This document shows positions 62,917-64,000 of a stretch of 64,000 nt of DNA, piece by piece (position 1 is the stretch's first letter; every line of letters begins with the position of its first letter). Where the stretch lies: NCBI GenBank assembly GCA_028697885.1, contig JAQVER010000001.1, positions 19,970 through 83,969 of the forward strand, written 5' to 3'. Source of the stretch: Desulfocapsaceae bacterium (GTDB taxonomy: Bacteria > Desulfobacterota > Desulfobulbia > Desulfobulbales > Desulfocapsaceae). A program made the translations under genes and the position numbers. The notes under the pieces are model-generated. The model was not told the origin of the DNA and did not search any database. It was given only the letters and a program-made list of their open reading frames with translations.

Positions 62917-64000
62917 ATGGGAACGAAACCGCAATTTGGTGAAAAAATTTTTGTCGGAAAGAAGGTCTCTACAGAATACAGTTCTCTCTTTAAGGATTTG
63001 TTGGGGGATAAAACAGTAAGGCCAGAGGATTGTTTTGTCTTTGAGCAAGAACTTTTTGATGCCATTCCCGTGCCTGTTTTTATTAATGATGCCGAAGGGA
63101 ATTATCTTGGTGCTAATCGAGCCTTGACTGATTTTCTGGGGGTGGAGCGTGAAAGGATTCTGAGTCAGGGGGTGTATCATTTTTTGATCCCTGCCCTGGA
63201 AGAAGAATATCGACGTAAAGATGCAGAGTTGTTGGCCATGGGGGGCCGGGACTCCTTAGAGGAAAGGGTTTTAGCTCGGGATGGTCAGGAGCGCTCTGTG
63301 ATCTTTACCAAGGCAGCGGTTCATGATAGAGACGGCCGTATTCTGGGGCTTATCGTTACTCTGTCTGATATTTCAGAGTTGAAAAAGGCCCAGGAAAATC
63401 TGGGAGAGATTGAGTTGCAAAAGCAGGCCATCCTCGATGGATTTCCAGGGACAGTGGCCCTGCTTGATTGTGATTTAAAAGTTATCTGGTCCAATAGGGC
63501 CAAGAATGAAGGCAGTATACCCAGTACGGATGTGAAGAATCTGAGTTGCCATCAACTCTTGCTGGGTAAAAAAGATGCCTGTTTGGATTGTGCTGTCCGC
63601 CGGAGTCTAATGAGTGGACAGATTGAGTTTGGTTTGGAGGAGGTCGAATCTGGACAGGAAGGTGGGGATAAAAATTGCTTTGAACTGGTGGCTACGCCGA
63701 TCAAGGATGTAGCTGGTAAGGTCAAGAGTGTGGTGGCTATTTCGCGGGATGTCACTGAAAAGATAAAGCTGGAAAAACAGGTTCGTCATTCGCAGAAAAT
63801 GGAGGCAATCGGTTCATTGGCCGGTGGTATTGCTCATGATTTTAATAACGTCTTGACTCCGATTATCGGGCAGGCGGAGATTATACGTTTTCGTATGCGC
63901 CAACGTGGGCAGGAGGATCGTGAACTGGAGAGTTCTGTCGGAGAAATTTTGATGGCCGCCAAAAGGGCCAAGGGGTTGGTCGACCAGATTCTGACTTTTT
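62917..64000 (+). CDS. PAS/PAS sensor histidine kinase, N-terminal 361 codons (runs off the window end)
   Basis: It is not in the ORF track because it has no stop. ATG 62917 follows AGGAG and an in-frame upstream TAA. I read the translation through to 63999 with no stops. It shows PAS segments (LFDAIPVPVFINDAEGNYLGANRAL; ILDGFPGTVALLDCDLKVIWSN) and the H-box MEAIGSLAGGIAHDFNNVLTPI. Confidence 0.85.
   Translation, partial: MGTKPQFGEKIFVGKKVSTEYSSLFKDLLGDKTVRPEDCFVFEQELFDAIPVPVFINDAEGNYLGANRALTDFLGVERERILSQGVYHFLIPALEEEYRRKDAELLAMGGRDSLEERVLARDGQERSVIFTKAAVHDRDGRILGLIVTLSDISELKKAQENLGEIELQKQAILDGFPGTVALLDCDLKVIWSNRAKNEGSIPSTDVKNLSCHQLLLGKKDACLDCAVRRSLMSGQIEFGLEEVESGQEGGDKNCFELVATPIKDVAGKVKSVVAISRDVTEKIKLEKQVRHSQKMEAIGSLAGGIAHDFNNVLTPIIGQAEIIRFRMRQRGQEDRELESSVGEILMAAKRAKGLVDQILTF

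Overview
This is a chromosomal segment with dense, mostly housekeeping coding on both strands. I found no rRNA, tRNA, CRISPR array, transposase, integrase or prophage structural genes by eye. The gene content suggests an anaerobic Desulfobacterota-like (deltaproteobacterial) organism: pyruvate:ferredoxin oxidoreductase, c-type cytochromes, a hemerythrin-tailed chemoreceptor, TrmFO and a FabL-type enoyl reductase. That taxon call is inference only.

Layout:
- 1-1740: 5' part of a membrane GAF/PAS histidine kinase that runs off the left edge. It is absent from the ORF track.
- 2.1-4.7 kb: DUF362 protein, fabL, maf.
- 5.1-10.3 kb: an unusual two-gene module. A 1121-aa HEAT/cNMP-like/PilZ protein is followed by a T7-gp4/Twinkle-like zinc-ribbon-Toprim-DnaB-family ATPase.
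- 10.5-14.3 kb: a cluster of a diheme cytochrome c, a DUF3373-like outer-membrane barrel and a heme-c DUF3365-HAMP protein.
- 14.3-25.8 kb: trmFO, a GGDEF cyclase, dus, a Trx-fold fusion, cca, rlmE, yebC, ruvCAB, panB.
- 26.2-43.3 kb: a dcw cluster, mraZ-rsmH-ftsL-ftsI*-murE::murF-mraY-murD-murG-murC-murB-ftsQ-ftsA-ftsZ. It lacks ftsW and ddl, and its PBP3-like gene has lost all three transpeptidase motifs.
- 43.4-64 kb: radical SAM protein, histidine kinase, CoADR-rhodanese, HEAT-receiver protein, PHP phosphatase, YkgJ-like protein, PFOR, CBS/ACT protein, pabB::pabC fusion, a CZB+hemerythrin chemoreceptor, a DUF493 operon, and a second edge-truncated PAS kinase.

The best candidates for something undescribed are the 5.1-10.3 kb module and the catalytically degenerate, FtsW-less division PG-synthesis arrangement. 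All domain calls come from reading the translations against remembered family motifs. No database search was run.
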